DNA of 64,000 nt from Macrostomum lignano. Taxonomy: Eukaryota. Position numbers and translations under genes: made by a program. Location: contig NIVC01001109.1 in assembly GCA_002269645.1 (NCBI GenBank), forward strand, positions 1 through 64,000, read 5' to 3'. This document shows positions 1 to 12,700 of this stretch, one piece after another. The first letter of the stretch is position 1. The number at the start of each line of letters is the position of its first letter. The notes beneath the pieces are model-generated. The model had not been told where the DNA came from. It was given only the letters and a program-made list of their open reading frames with translations, and did no database searches.

Positions 1-90
1 CCATATATATTCAATGACTCATAACCCATGACCCATATATATTCAGTGACTCATAACCATGACCCATTATATATTCAGTGACTCATAATC
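1..90. repeat. Short tandem repeat, ~40-bp unit (CCATATATATTCAGTGACTCATAACCCATGAC-like), ~2.5 copies, probably intronic
   Basis: Direct reading; lies just upstream of the haspin exon. Confidence 0.8.
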
Positions 91-103
91 CTTCCCCAAA
101 AAG

Positions 104-1307
104 ATTCGCGGGCTGTCCCCTGCCGGCCTTCCGTTTTGGCTGCTACCGCGAGGCCCGCTCCGTGATCCTCCAGCTGGCCCTGTCTCTGGCCGCCGCCGAG
201 TCGCAGTTCCAGTTCGAGCACCGCGACCTGCACTGGAACAATGTGCTGGTCCGCCGGTCTGGCCGGGTCAAAATCCGCTACCGAGTGGCCGATCATAATA
301 ATTACGCAATCAATTGCGAAGGCTGGAAGTGGCTATCATTGATTTCACTGTTAGCGGGTCAGCCCGGCGCCTGGCTAACGTGCTTTATATTGATATGTCC
401 GGCGACGAGGCATCTTTGTTGGCGATGGCGACTACCAGTTTGAGGTGATCTCACTGTTTATCTATTACTAATAGTAACAATGTACTGCGTTGGTTGTGTC
501 CGTATCTGGTTATGTATTTACTGTGTCTCTGTATTGACTGTGTCTCTGTCTGTATTGACTGTGTCTCTGTCTGTATTGACTGTCTCTGTCTGTATTGACT
601 GTGTCTCTGTCTGTATTGACTGTGTCTCTGTCTGTATTGACTGTCTCTGTCTGTATTGACTGTGTCTCTGTCTGTATTGACTGTGTCTCTGTCTGTATTG
701 ACTGTGTCTCTGTCTGTATTGACTGTGTCTCTGTCTGTATTGACTGTGTCTCTGTCTGTATTGACTGTGTCTCTGTCTGTATTGACTGTCTCTGTCTGTA
801 TTGACTGTGTCTCTGTCTGTATTGACTGTGTCTCTGTCTGTATTGACTGTGTCTCTGTCTGTATTGACTGTGTCTCTGTATTGGCTGTGTCTCTGTCTGT
901 ATTGGCTGTGTCTCTGTCTGTATTGCTGTGTCTCTGTATTGACTGTGTCTCTGTCTGTATTTACTGTGTCTGTCCGTACAGACACTGAGCCTGCATCAGC
1001 ACCAGTCACGCCGCTCAACACCCATCCAAAACCCACGCAGGTGTACCGAATGATGCGCCGCGACTGCTCAGACGATTGGCGCAAATTCAATCCTCGAACA
1101 AATCTGATGTGGCTGCACTACCTGCTAGATAAGCTGCTGACTTCCACCGTATTTCCCAGGCGCGATCCGGACTCGCTAGCGGTGCAGTCGGAATTGGCGG
1201 CTCTGCACGACTGCCTGCTCAGCTACGACAGCTGCCAGCAGTTGGTTCGAGAGAATTTCTATTTCTTAGAAAATGCCATGGACAATGACGCGGCTGGATT
1301 GAATTAG
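104..1307 (+). CDS. HASPIN: Haspin-family atypical Ser/Thr kinase, last two exons (~104-444 and 1041-1307), with at least two 1-nt frameshifts
   Basis: Motifs FEHRDLHWNNVL, IIDFT, GDGDYQFE|VYRMMR and WRKFNPRTNLMWLHYLLDKLL are typical of haspin. GT donor at 445 and AG acceptor at 1039-1040 join in phase 0. The frame shifts at ~329 and ~412. The 5' boundary is approximate. Confidence 0.85.
518..965. repeat. Intronic minisatellite, 21-bp unit TGTCTCTGTCTGTATTGACTG (some 19-bp variants)
   Basis: Direct reading; fills the last haspin intron. Confidence 0.95.
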
Positions 1308-1634
1308 TAATTCAATAATCTGCTAATCTATCTAGCTGAAACTTGACTACTAAACTAATTGTAGTTTTTAATCTACATTTAAACTTATTATTCGTTTTAA
1401 AGCGTTGGTCTTTCTATTGGCATCCTTTCAAAAATTTGTGCTTTTTTCTATTTATTTGAAAATCTCGGTGGTGCCATGCTTTTTTTTGAGTGGCATATTT
1501 TTTCTATAAGTAATATTGTAATCATTCTTACCTAATGCGAAGTAAAACCTATTTATTTGGGATTTTTAAGTCCTTAGCGACGCACTGAGTCAATACTGGA
1601 CTATGCTGACCCCAAACAACGAAATAAACTACAC

Positions 1635-1870
1635 GGTTGAGTCCTTAGCAACCACGTGTACCTTTATTAAAGTCCTTAGCAGCCATGATTGCCCTAACCA
1701 GAGTCCTTAGCAACGATGAGCACCCTAACCAGAGGCCTTAGCAACCACGTGTATTTTTTCCAAAGTCCTTAGCAACCATGATTGCTTTAACCGGAGGCCT
1801 TAACAACCGTGGGTACCTAACAAGAGGCCTTGGCAACCATAAGTACCCTAACCAGAGCCCTCAGCAACGA
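1635..1870. repeat. Degenerate tandem repeat (~30-35 bp; GTCCTTAGCAACCA...CCTAACCAGA)
   Basis: Recurrent CCTTAGCAACC motif about 7 times. Confidence 0.7.
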
Positions 1871-2469
1871 CCAATAAATGTTTAGTAGCAATATGTCACA
1901 CTGGCATCTTCTGTTTTAGCGTCCCTAGCAACCCCTTTGCTTAGCAATTAGCATTTCTCTTGTGGCCTACAAATAAAATATAACACTATCCCAATCTGCT
2001 TTTTCAACCAACGTATTACTGCGAAAGACACTGCATTTCCATTCCAACTTATTTAAACAATTTATAAAACTGTCTAAAAATTCAAATTTCAAATTGGCGC
2101 GCTTCTAGCAGTTTCAAAATTTCAATGTAAGCTCTTTCAGAGGTCTTGTTTTTTACCATATTCATTATTCAGTAATTTGATGCACTTTAAGTTGTAAGCC
2201 AGCTGCTATGCGTAAAATGCGATTTTTGTTAATTAAAAATATAAACATAATTATCAAAGGTTAATTGCAAGTTTTTTTTAATTAATGTTTGCAGCTTTCA
2301 AATTGATTAATAAAACTATTTCAAACTGTGAGTCTCTGCTTCATTCTTTCTAAGACTCATTGTCAGACATTTGCGATGTGAAATCGGGCAACATTTAAAC
2401 ACAGAATGGGTCACATCAAAATTGAGAGATAAAGTAACAAATGTTTGGGTGTGAAAGTGCGCATGCAGT

Positions 2470-3860
2470 CTGATCAATTAGGTTGATTGATTGATCAATT
2501 GGGTTGATTGATTGATCAATTAGGTTGATTGATTGATCAATTGGGTTGATTGATTGATCAATTAGGTTGATTGATTGATCAATTGGGTTGATTGATTGAT
2601 CAATTAGGTTGATTGATTGATCAATTGGGTTGATTGATTGATCAATTAGGTTGATTGATTGATCAATTGTGTTGATTGATTGATCAATTGGGTTGATTGA
2701 TTGATCAATTGGGTTGATTGATTGATCAATTGGGTTGATTGATTGATCAATTGGGTTGATTGATTGATCAATTAGGTTGATTGATTGATCAATTGGGTTG
2801 ATTGATTGATCAATTAGGTTGATTGATTGATCAATTGGGTTGATTGATTGATCAATTAGGTTGATTGATTGATCAATTGTGTTGATTGATTGATCAATTG
2901 GTTGATTGATTGATCAATTGGGTTGATTGATTGATCAATTAGGTTGATTGATTGATCAATTGGGTTGATTGATTGATCAATTAGGTTGATTGATTGATCA
3001 ATTGGGTTGATTGATTGATCAATTAGGTTGATTGATTGATCAATTAGGTTGATTGATTGATCAATTAGGTTGATTGATTGATCAATTGGGTTGATTGATT
3101 GATCAATTAGGTTGATTGATTGATCAATTGGGTTGATTGATTGATCAATTAGGTTGATTGATTGATCAATTGGGTTGATTGATTGATCAATTAGGTTGAT
3201 TGATTGATCAATTGGGTTGATTGATTGATCAATTAGGTTGATTGATTGATCAATTGTGTTGATTGATTGATCAATTGGTTGATTGATTGATCAATTGGGT
3301 TGATTGATTGATCAATTAGGTTGATTGATTGATCAATTGGGTTGATTGATTGATCAATTAGGTTGATTGATTGATCAATTGGGTTGATTGATTGATCAAT
3401 TAGGTTGATTGATTGATCAATTAGGTTGATTGATTGATCAATTGTGTTGATTGATTGATCAATTGGGTTGATTGATTGATCAATTGGGTTGATTGATTGA
3501 TCAATTAGGTTGATTGATTGATCAATTGGGTTGATTGATTGATCAATTAGGTTGATTGATTGATCAATTGGGTTGATTGATTGATCAATTAGGTTGATTG
3601 ATTGATCAATTGTGTTGATTGATTGATCAATTAGGTTGATTGATTGATCAATTAGGTTGATTGATTGATCAATTGTGTTGATTGATTGATCAATTGGGTT
3701 GATTGATTGATCAATTGGGTCGGTTGATTTATCAATTGTGTTGATTTATTTATTGATTGGTTAGTTGATTGATTGATAAATTGGTTTGTTGATTGATTGA
3801 ACAATTGGTTGGTTGATTCACTGATAAACACGTTAGTTTTGATTGATTGATAAATTGGTT
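2470..3860 (+). repeat. Satellite array, 21-bp unit GATCAATT(G/A)GGTTGATTGATT, decaying at the right end
   Basis: Direct reading. Confidence 0.95.
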
Positions 3861-4099
3861 CGTTGGTACGAGCTAGATTGAACGATGAACTAATCGATTT
3901 AATGATGATTAATTAACTGATTCAATGGCTGACTAACAACTGTAAGACTATCGATGAAACACCATAAATTAATTATTAGTGATGCCTCACAATCCTTGAA
4001 ACCTCTTAAAAAACCTGTATTCAAAGAATTAATACGTCTAAAAGGGGGGCATGAAGGTGAATAAAGGTCAATTACGACCGGTCAGCAACTTGGCATTAT

Positions 4100-4420
4100 A
4101 ATCAATCAATCAACCCAATTGATCAATCAATCAACCCAATTGATCAATCAATCAACCCAATTGATCAATCAATCAACACAATTGATCAATCAATCAACAC
4201 AATTGATCAATCAATCAACACAATTGACCAATCAACCCAATTGATCAATCAATCAACCCAATTGATCAATCAATCAACCCAATTGATCAATCAATCAACC
4301 CAATTGATCAATCAATCAACCCAATTGATCAATCAATCAACCCAATTGATCAATCAAGTAACCAATCAATTAATCGGTCAACCAACCAATTGATCGGTAA
4401 ATCAAACCAGCTAACCAACC
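4100..4420 (-). repeat. Inverted copy of the 21-bp satellite (AATCAATCAACCCAATTGATC)
   Basis: Unit is the exact reverse complement of the 2470-3860 unit. Confidence 0.95.
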
Positions 4421-4434
4421 ATTCAACCAATCAC

Positions 4435-5328
4435 TCAATGCCCGGTGGTCGAGTTCGCCCCGCTCTGATGGTGCGTCTTCTGGCATCTTCGCCGGCTGAT
4501 CTGCCCGCCGCCCGCTGGGTCGGCCCTCCATTCCGACTCGTCTCCGCTGCCGCCTCTTCCGCCGTCTCCTCCGCCGCCGACGCCACCGCCGCCTCCGCCG
4601 GCGTGTCCCTGATGCTCTGAAGCCGGCTTCTTCGTTTGAACCTCCTTGACAACGCAGTGATACTCGGGCGGACAGGTGCACTTGAACTCCACGCTGGATG
4701 GCGAATTCTCGCTGGCACGACGTTTCACAACGCAAACGTCATCGTCGGCATCGCGACTCGTCGAGTCGAGGCCAGCTGCAGCGGTTCCTTTACTGTCGGC
4801 GGTTGCCACCGAGCAGACAGGCAGGTGGCAGTGGAAGTCGTAGCGCCAGTCGGCGCCGTTCTCGGCCGGCCGCCAGGACCTCAGCTGGAACTGGGCGTCC
4901 GGGCAGTTGCAGCGGTGCTGCAGCAGCCGGGGACTCCAGGTGGACATCGGGCTGGCAAAGACCGCCGCCGGTTTCTGGTCGGCGAGGCTGCACCTGGCTC
5001 GCTTGGGCATCGGGCTGCACTTGACGAACTGCACTCGCATGTTGGGGTCCTCCCAGTGCTGCCAGTAGAAGCTGCGGTCGGACATCGCGGCGAGAGTGGC
5101 CGGAATGTCCGACTCAGCTGACGGTAGGGCGCAGTTCACGCAGCCGTTGCAGTAGCGGCCCTGATCCACTATTCTGTCCGGGAAGTGCAGCACAGCGTTG
5201 CAAACTGACTCGTTGCTGGGACAGTCTGGCAATTCGGACTTGCCTGACTGGCCGCTGGTCAGGGCCGCCAACAGTGTGAGGGCTGCCAGACTGGTCAGGA
5301 CTGCGGCAAAGTGCTGCTTAGACACCAT
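4435..5328 (-). CDS. Secreted 16-cysteine protein, Argos/giant-lens-like (three-module fold), intronless, 297 aa
   Basis: N-terminal hydrophobic signal peptide. 16 Cys whose order matches Drosophila Argos as recalled: LPDC/LPVC, VKCSPMPKRARC/KLCQPVHKLPVC, HRCNCP...WRYDFHC/VHCRCP...YRYLFAC, FKCTCPPEYHC/SLCQCPKGHRC. Confidence 0.75.
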   Translation of the reverse strand: MVSKQHFAAVLTSLAALTLLAALTSGQSGKSELPDCPSNESVCNAVLHFPDRIVDQGRYCNGCVNCALPSAESDIPATLAAMSDRSFYWQHWEDPNMRVQFVKCSPMPKRARCSLADQKPAAVFASPMSTWSPRLLQHRCNCPDAQFQLRSWRPAENGADWRYDFHCHLPVCSVATADSKGTAAAGLDSTSRDADDDVCVVKRRASENSPSSVEFKCTCPPEYHCVVKEVQTKKPASEHQGHAGGGGGGVGGGGDGGRGGSGDESEWRADPAGGGQISRRRCQKTHHQSGANSTTGH

Positions 5329-5528
5329 TATATCTGAGTTTTGAGAAGCTAAACGTCAACTATAGCTATTAAATATGACACCGATGAAGACAGCTTGAGA
5401 GAGAGGTGTGGTTCGAATGCGGTTTTACATACGCGTCTCAGTCCTTCCACCTCGGAAGATTTTTCTCTCCTATATGTGACCCCTTCATATCCTCGGCCCC
5501 CGGCTCAGTCCGCTTCCTCCCTCTCTTT

Positions 5529-5530
<2 letters not shown>

Positions 5531-5599
<69 letters not shown>

Positions 5600-5600
5600 C
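5531..5600. repeat. (CT)n microsatellite upstream of the Argos-like gene
   Basis: Direct reading. Confidence 0.95.
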
Positions 5601-5964
5601 ATCTTCTCAACCTCGTCTCCAGATCCTGTTTCTGCGTCTTTCAGGATCTGCCTCACCGTTGCAGCCTGGCTCTTTCCCTGAGGCAGACTGGAGAGTGCGG
5701 CATGTTCGAGTTTACTCTCAGGTCAGTGGCGCCGATGCTGCTAAACTGTCAGCCATGGGGCTTTGCTGCATGCAACATGTGGTGGCTCAGAGCTTTTACA
5801 GAGATTATAAGGCTTTGATGCCAGGAACCCGACACTAACCTAACATTCATACGACGAGACAGAAGGACTAAACGACATTGGAACTTTATGTTATTCTAAT
5901 GCGCCATAAAAACATAACTTATAGACTTTCAGACAGTATAGAACACTAAAAATATAAACACCAA

Positions 5965-6210
5965 GTCACTGAGACCCTAAGGCACTGCGACCCTGAGGCA
6001 CTGAGACACTCAGACACTGAGGCACTGAGACACTGAGGCACTGGGACACTCAGACACTGAGGCACTGAGACACTGAGGCACTGAGACACTGAGGCACTGA
6101 GACACTGAGGCACTGAGACACTGAGACACTGAGACACTGAGGCACTGAGACACTGAGGCACTGAGACACTGAGACACTCAGACACTCAGACACTGAGGCA
6201 CTTAAGCACT
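5965..6210. repeat. 8-bp-based minisatellite CACTGAG(A/G)
   Basis: Direct reading. Confidence 0.9.
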
Positions 6211-7084
6211 ATCCAGTTTTGCCAAAAGAATCCACAAATCTCTATGCTACTCTCGGTTTCTCATCCGCACTTTGTCAATATCTACTCTATCTCCTAAACC
6301 CATTTTTGGTTTAGTATTACGCATCAAGCTAGAAAAAACGATTAAAGCAAAACTTCCAGTCGATAAAATCCCCGCGGAGAACAGGATATCCTCAGCAAGT
6401 TTATTGCGCTGAGAAAAAACTTGCTGTAAAAGCTTTGGTCAGCTAGTCGACTCAGGTCTTACTGAGTAAACGAGTTATACATCCTAGTCAGCCAAAGCCT
6501 TGCTTACAACTATGCGTAATTCTATTTTCCACTATCTACACTTCTCCCCTGTTCCCTGCTCAATTCTACTTTCATCTCTGTCTCTCATTTTCCCGTGGAG
6601 TGGCCCCCGGGGGAGACTCACCCATCTAATATTCCTCTCTCCCTCAGTGTGCGCCCTCAAGGATGGTGGGACTTCGCCCAGGTCCTCAGAGGACCTCAAT
6701 TCTTCTCTAGCCGTGTCCCTTCTAGCCTAGCAACTTCCCTCTTCACTTGAGTCTATCTGTCGAGCATTGATTTTCTAGCCCCAGCCCAAGCTCACAGACT
6801 ATACTTCCCGCTTTCGAGTCCAAATGGTGCATGCTCACGAAATTGATTTTATTTAGCCAGAAAAATGGCAAAAAAGACAAGAAAAAACCCTAATCTGGAA
6901 TGTCATTCCTCAGCATTTATCAAGTCAGCTGTCTGGAATTTCAGAAATATGTAACGAAAAATGACAGCTTTGACGGTTTTGGCCTGAATAATGCCATTGG
7001 GAATGTAAGTAATTTGCGTGTGTCTGCGAATAAGTAAATAAGAAATTTAACATGTGAACAAATTTAGCGACATAATTAGTGATA

Positions 7085-7470
7085 TAGAGGGATAGCAAGA
7101 TAGAGAGGAATAGATAGGGATAGAGGGAGGTATAGCGAGGGGTAGAGAGAGATAGACAGAGATACAGAGACAGAGAGGGATAGATAAAGGAGAAGGCTAG
7201 AGAGGGAAAAAGGGGATAGACACAGGCATAGGGAGGGATAGAGAGGATAGACAGAGATAGAGAAGGATAGAGAGCGATTGAAAGGGGTAGATAGGGATAG
7301 AGAGCGATAGATAGAGAAAGAGAGGGATAGACAGAGATAGAGAAGGATAGAGAGCGATTGAAAGGGGTAGATAGGGATAGAGAGCGATAGATAGAGAAAG
7401 AGAGGGATAGACAGAGATAGAGAGGGATAGAGAGCGATAGATAGAGAAAGAGAGGGATAGACAGAGATAG
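7085..7470. repeat. Purine-rich (GA/GATA) low-complexity tract with internal ~80-bp duplication
   Basis: Direct reading. Confidence 0.8.
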
Positions 7471-7982
7471 GTGAAACTTATTATCGGAGAATTATCAATA
7501 TTAAAAGGAAGAAAGGTCAGATTAAGCCATAAACTATAATGCGCACGCATGAATCCAGCAGACTCCGAGGTTAATTTGCACTAATGCATCGTGAAAGGCC
7601 CCTGATTAAAAATTAACGCCTGAAGACAGAAAATTCTGCAGTGGGAGAGGCGTCGCATTTCCTTCAAATAGCAAAAAAGTACAATATAAAGCTGCTTCTC
7701 CAATAGAAATGCCACAGTTTAGTCCGAGGCATGCTCTTCGAATCACACTTCCCTTGGGAAATGAACCTAGTAGATAGAGAGAGTCAGAGAACTCCATTAT
7801 CCCAAGAGAGTGGCAGAGACAAGTCCGAGCTGAATAATTTAGTTAAGCCTCACCCCTGTCAACCTTATCAGATTCTCTGCCCCTTGATCATCTTCATTGC
7901 TCAAGTTGTTGCACAAAAAGGCACTGACTGGCACTACTGACGCAAAACATACGGCAGTTCCTGACACAGAAAGGGTCGTCAA

Positions 7983-9115
7983 TGATAATCGTCAATCCTG
8001 ACTCATTAATTGTCAATCCTGACTCACTAATCGTCAATCCTGACTCACTAATTGTCAATCCTGACTCACTAATCGTCAATCCTGACTCATTAATCGTCAA
8101 TCCTGACTCACTAATTGTCAATCCTGACTCACTAATCGTCAATCCTGACTCACTAATCGTCAATCCTGACTCACTAATCGTTAATCCTGACTCATTAATC
8201 GTCAATCCTGACTCATTAATCGTCAATCCTGACTCACTAATTGTAAATCCTGACTCATTAATCGTCAATCCTGACTCATTAATCGTCACTCCTGACTCAC
8301 TAATCGTCAATCCTGACTCACTAATTGTCAATCCTGATTCATTAATCGTCAATCCTGACTGACTAATCGTCAATCCTGACTCACTAATCGTCAATCCTGA
8401 CTCACTAATTGTAAATCCTGACTCATTAATCGTCAATCCTGACTCATTAATCGTCAATCCTGACTCATTAATCGTCAATCCTGACTCATTAATCGTCAAT
8501 CCTGACTCACTAATCGTCAATCCTGACTCACTAATTGTCAATCCTGACTCACTAATCGTCAATCCTGACTCACTAATCGTCAATCCTGACTCACTAATCG
8601 TCAATCCTGACTCACTAATTGTAAATCCTGACTCATTAATCGTCAATCCTGACTCATTAATCGTCAATCCTGACTCACTAATCGTCAATCCTGACTCACT
8701 AATTGTCAATCCTGACTCATTAATCGTCAAACCTGACTCACTAATCGTCAATCCTGACTCACTAATCGTCAATCCTGACTCATTAATCGTCAATCCTGAC
8801 TCACTAATCGTCAATCCTGACTCACTAATCGTCAATCCTGACTCACTAATCGTCAATCCTGACTCATTAATCGTCAATCCTGACTCACTAATCGTCAATC
8901 CTGACTCACTAATCGTCAATCCTGACTCACTAATCGTCAATCCTGACTCACTAATCGTCAATCCTGACTCATTAATCGTCAATCCTGACTCACTAATCGT
9001 CAATCCTGACTCACTAATCGTCAATCCTGACTCACTAATCGTCAATCCTGACTCACTAATCGTCAATCCTGACTCACTAATCGTCAATCCTGACTCACTA
9101 ATCGTCAATCCTGAC
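7983..9115. repeat. Minisatellite, 21-bp unit AATCGTCAATCCTGACTCA(C/T)T
   Basis: Direct reading; source of the spurious (ISESGLT)n ORF. Confidence 0.95.
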
Positions 9116-9213
9116 ACACTAAGCAGAAAAATCACTAATCTCAAGGCAGCCTCTTACCTAGGATCGTTAGGAAGACCCTGAAAGCTCTGTTGCCAGCTAC
9201 ACCTGGGATTGCA

Positions 9214-9263
<50 letters not shown>

Positions 9264-9762
9264 ATCAATTGTGAAAGCGAGTGTACAGCGCACGGACTCT
9301 GTTCCCGTGGGAACGACATTTTACCGTTTTTACCCCCCGCTCCCCTATAGAAAAAAGTACAGTTTAGAATGCACAGGTGAAGAAGAATATTGGTTTGGAA
9401 ATTGAGCATGGAGATCTAGCACCAGAACTTGGAGTGACAACTGTAGACTGAAATGAAAGCTAGTTAATTTATATTCCTAATTTTAATTTTACTAGAAGTT
9501 TGTCAAGGCTTCCATCAGCACTAGCTCAACTAGCTTAATCATGGGTTAAACCAAACCGCTAATTGTGATAATTAATTTGTGTGTATTTATGAAAATATGA
9601 CTTAAGTCTAGATTTAGACAAGGTCTCCTTGAGCAGCTCTCTCAGCCCACCTCTTCCTGCTGCTCCTCTTCTGCCCGTTCTTTCATTCTTCCCTGTCATA
9701 TTATCCCTGCCTCTGTCTGTTCAACAGAGCGACCCACAGGACAGACTGCGAGAGCTGCAGCC

Positions 9763-12700
9763 ATGCCAGTCCAAGATCTTGTCCGCTACCGAGACTCTGG
9801 CGAACTGTCCGACCTCACGGTCCGACTTGCCGCTGACGGCGTCAAATCTGAGTGGAAGCTGCACCGGTTCCCGCTCTTCATCAAATCTGACCGATTCCGC
9901 GAACTCCTGGCCGATTCCAGTGTGTCGGAGCTCGAACTCGAATCGGACTTTCCCGGCGGGGCCGACTGCTTCAACTTGATTGCCGATTTCTGCTACAACA
10001 AACGAATCGACATCTCGCCGGACAATGTCGTCCAATTGCATTGCGCGGCCGAACGGCTGGCAATGCGCGGCCGAGGCAACCTGGCCGACCTGACCGACCG
10101 GTACCTCAGCGAGCTGCTTGATTCGGCCAAGGTTGGCCAATCGGCCGGCCCCATTGTCGACCTGCTGACCAGCTGCGGCTCCGTCGGTCGGCCAACTGAC
10201 GAAACGAAACTCCCAGAGAGGTGTCTCGCCGCGCTGCTGGACATCTGGCATCGGGCAGAGGCTTCGGCGGCTGCCGCTGCCGCGCTCAGCTCTGATAGTG
10301 ACGAGCACTTCTACCGGCACGATCACCACTACCGCGTCTTCTCTTCTCCGTACTCCAGCAGACAGCAGCAGCAGCAGCAGCGCGACACTGAGAATCATCT
10401 GCTGAGCCTGCCGTTGCCTCGATTCCTTCAACTGATCCAAGCTGTCTGCCCGTCAGAATCGTCTTCAGCCGCGGCTGCCGCTACTACAGAGGACGAGTTG
10501 AAAGCCGAAACGAACGCCCATCTGCGTCGACGACCGCTGGCTGAGCTGGCCGCCCGCTACCTGGATCAGGCATTCAGCCGGCACCTGAACCCGCCGCAGC
10601 AGGCGCCAACGCCACCGGAGCGCGAGGCCGACGCGGAAAAAGATGATCACAAAGACCAGGAAGAGGACCACGACGACCGAGTGGATAAACAAGCCGACGA
10701 AAAATCCAGTGAACAGTTAACCAGAGAATCCGGCGTCGAAGTACTCGACAGGGTGATTCTCGCCCTGCCAGCCGACACGCCGCTGTCCGAGTCGATCAAT
10801 GCCGATTGGATTCGACGAGCGCTTCGCGTTAGCGAGACGGCCAGCCCGGAGTGTCGCGCCAAACTGCTGCAACTTGCGGGCGGCGCGCTGCACCGCTTCA
10901 CCCAGGACGAACTCAGAGACACGCCGGCCCCTGTACTGTGCGAGATTGTGGAGAACACTGTGAAAAATGACGGCGTTGTGCCCGAAGTCCTCTCGTGCGT
11001 GATTGACTGTCACCTGCTGGATCTGGCCCGGGCTGGGGGGCTTCCTGTGGCCGACTTTGTCAAACTGGCAGCCAGCATGTCGCCAGACTATCGGACCAGC
11101 CACGACACTCTGTACGAGGCGGCCGAGGCTCTGCTCTCTGGTGAGGCAGTCTGCTTGTGAAGGATTGGTTTGTGAAGGATTGGTTTGTGAAGGATTGGTT
11201 TGTGAAGGATTGGTTTGTGAAGGATTGGTTTGTGAAGGATTGGTTTGTGAAGGATTGGTTTGTGAAGGATTGGTTTGTGAAGGATTGGTTTGTGAAGGAT
11301 TGGTTTGTGAAGGATTGGTTTGTGAAGGATTGGTTTGTGAAGGATTGGTTTGTGAAGGATTGGTTTGTGAAGGATTGGTTTGTAAAGGATTGGTTTGTGA
11401 ATGATTGGTTTGTGAAGGATTGGTTTGTAAAGGATTGGTTTGTGAATGATTGGTTTGTGAAGGATTGGTTTGTGAAGGATTGGTTTGTAAAGGATTGGTT
11501 TGTGAAGGATTGGTTTGTAAAGGATTGGTTTGTGAAGGATTGGTTTGTAAAGGATTGGTTTGTAAAGGATTGGTTTGTAAAGGATTGGTTTGTGAATGAT
11601 TGGTGTGTGAATGATTGGTTTGTGAAGGATTGGTTTGTAAAGGATTGGTTTGTGAATGACTGACTGCTAAAGACGTTTCCAAGGATTATTCGAATTCGTC
11701 AATAATCCCTATGCTGTTAATCTCTGAATACATACTGTGATCCCCCAGCTGATCCGTTGCCGCCCGAGTCAGAGCGTCAGCAAGTATTCGATGCCCTGGA
11801 TCTGAACAGATGCAGCGAAGCCATTCTACAGCGGGCCCTGGACAAGGGACTGGTGCCAGCCCGTCTTGTCTGCCAAGCAGCCATTGATGTGGCCAAAAGG
11901 CTCCGGTATCAGCTTGAAGAATTGGAGAAAATAAAATTGGTAAGCCGTCTATTAAACTCTCAACTTCGCTTCTCGGGAAGCGGCGCTGAGCTGTCCTGCT
12001 CACAATTTTATACACCGTGGTCACCGTGGGGTGAGGTCACCGTGGGATGAGATCACCGTGGGCTGAGGTCACCGTGGGGTGAGGGCACCGTGGAATGAGG
12101 TCACCGTGGGATGAGGTCACCGTGGGGTGAGGTCACCGTGGGATGAGGGCACCGTGGGCTGAGATCACCGTGGGCTGAGGTCACCGTGGGGTGAGGGCAC
12201 CGTGGGGTGAGGGCACCGTGGGCTGAGATCACCGTGGGCTGAGGTCACCGTGGGATGAGATCACCGTGGGGTGAGGTCACCGTGGGATGAGGTCACCGTG
12301 GGGTGAGGGCACCGTGAAATGACCTGAATCACGTCTCCTACCGAGGAGACCTCAGGTATATATTTTGGTCATTCCAATAAACAGCTACGCTTGAAAAACC
12401 GTCTTAATGCCACACCACAAAATTGGTGTTTTTTTAATGAAACTGTCATAAAATATTCCTACTCAATAAGGAAAGCAACTGCAGTTATCGGAACGCCCGA
12501 GGGCGTCAGCTATCGGGGTCTGTCTTGGCTGGAAGTCGGCGCTATCATCCCGAACTGTCGGCCGTGAGTTTCCGGCCGGCACTGCAATCAACGCAGCGTC
12601 ATCAGTACGAGCAGTTCGAGAACTATCTGTCTTCGATTGGCTCTGGAGGAGCTGTTGGTACCACTACTTACAGCGCTCTATATGCTAGTAGTAAGTTAAA

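Noticed and set aside
2470-3860. Regular short repeats as a possible CRISPR array
   Set aside because: No unique spacers, eukaryotic context and no cas genes; the same holds for all other arrays
7894-9144. 416-aa ORF with apparent signal peptide and (ISESGLT)n repeats
   Set aside because: It is entirely a 21-bp minisatellite, open because the unit is a multiple of 3; there is no unique domain
10717-11682. (SQTNP)n and (KDWFV)n ORFs
   Set aside because: Products of the intron-1 15-bp array or antisense to the real exon
11940-12050. Read-through of BTB-NPH3 exon 2 to a stop at 12050
   Set aside because: A consensus GTAAGC donor at 11940 and two further phase-consistent exons favour splicing, though intron retention is not excluded
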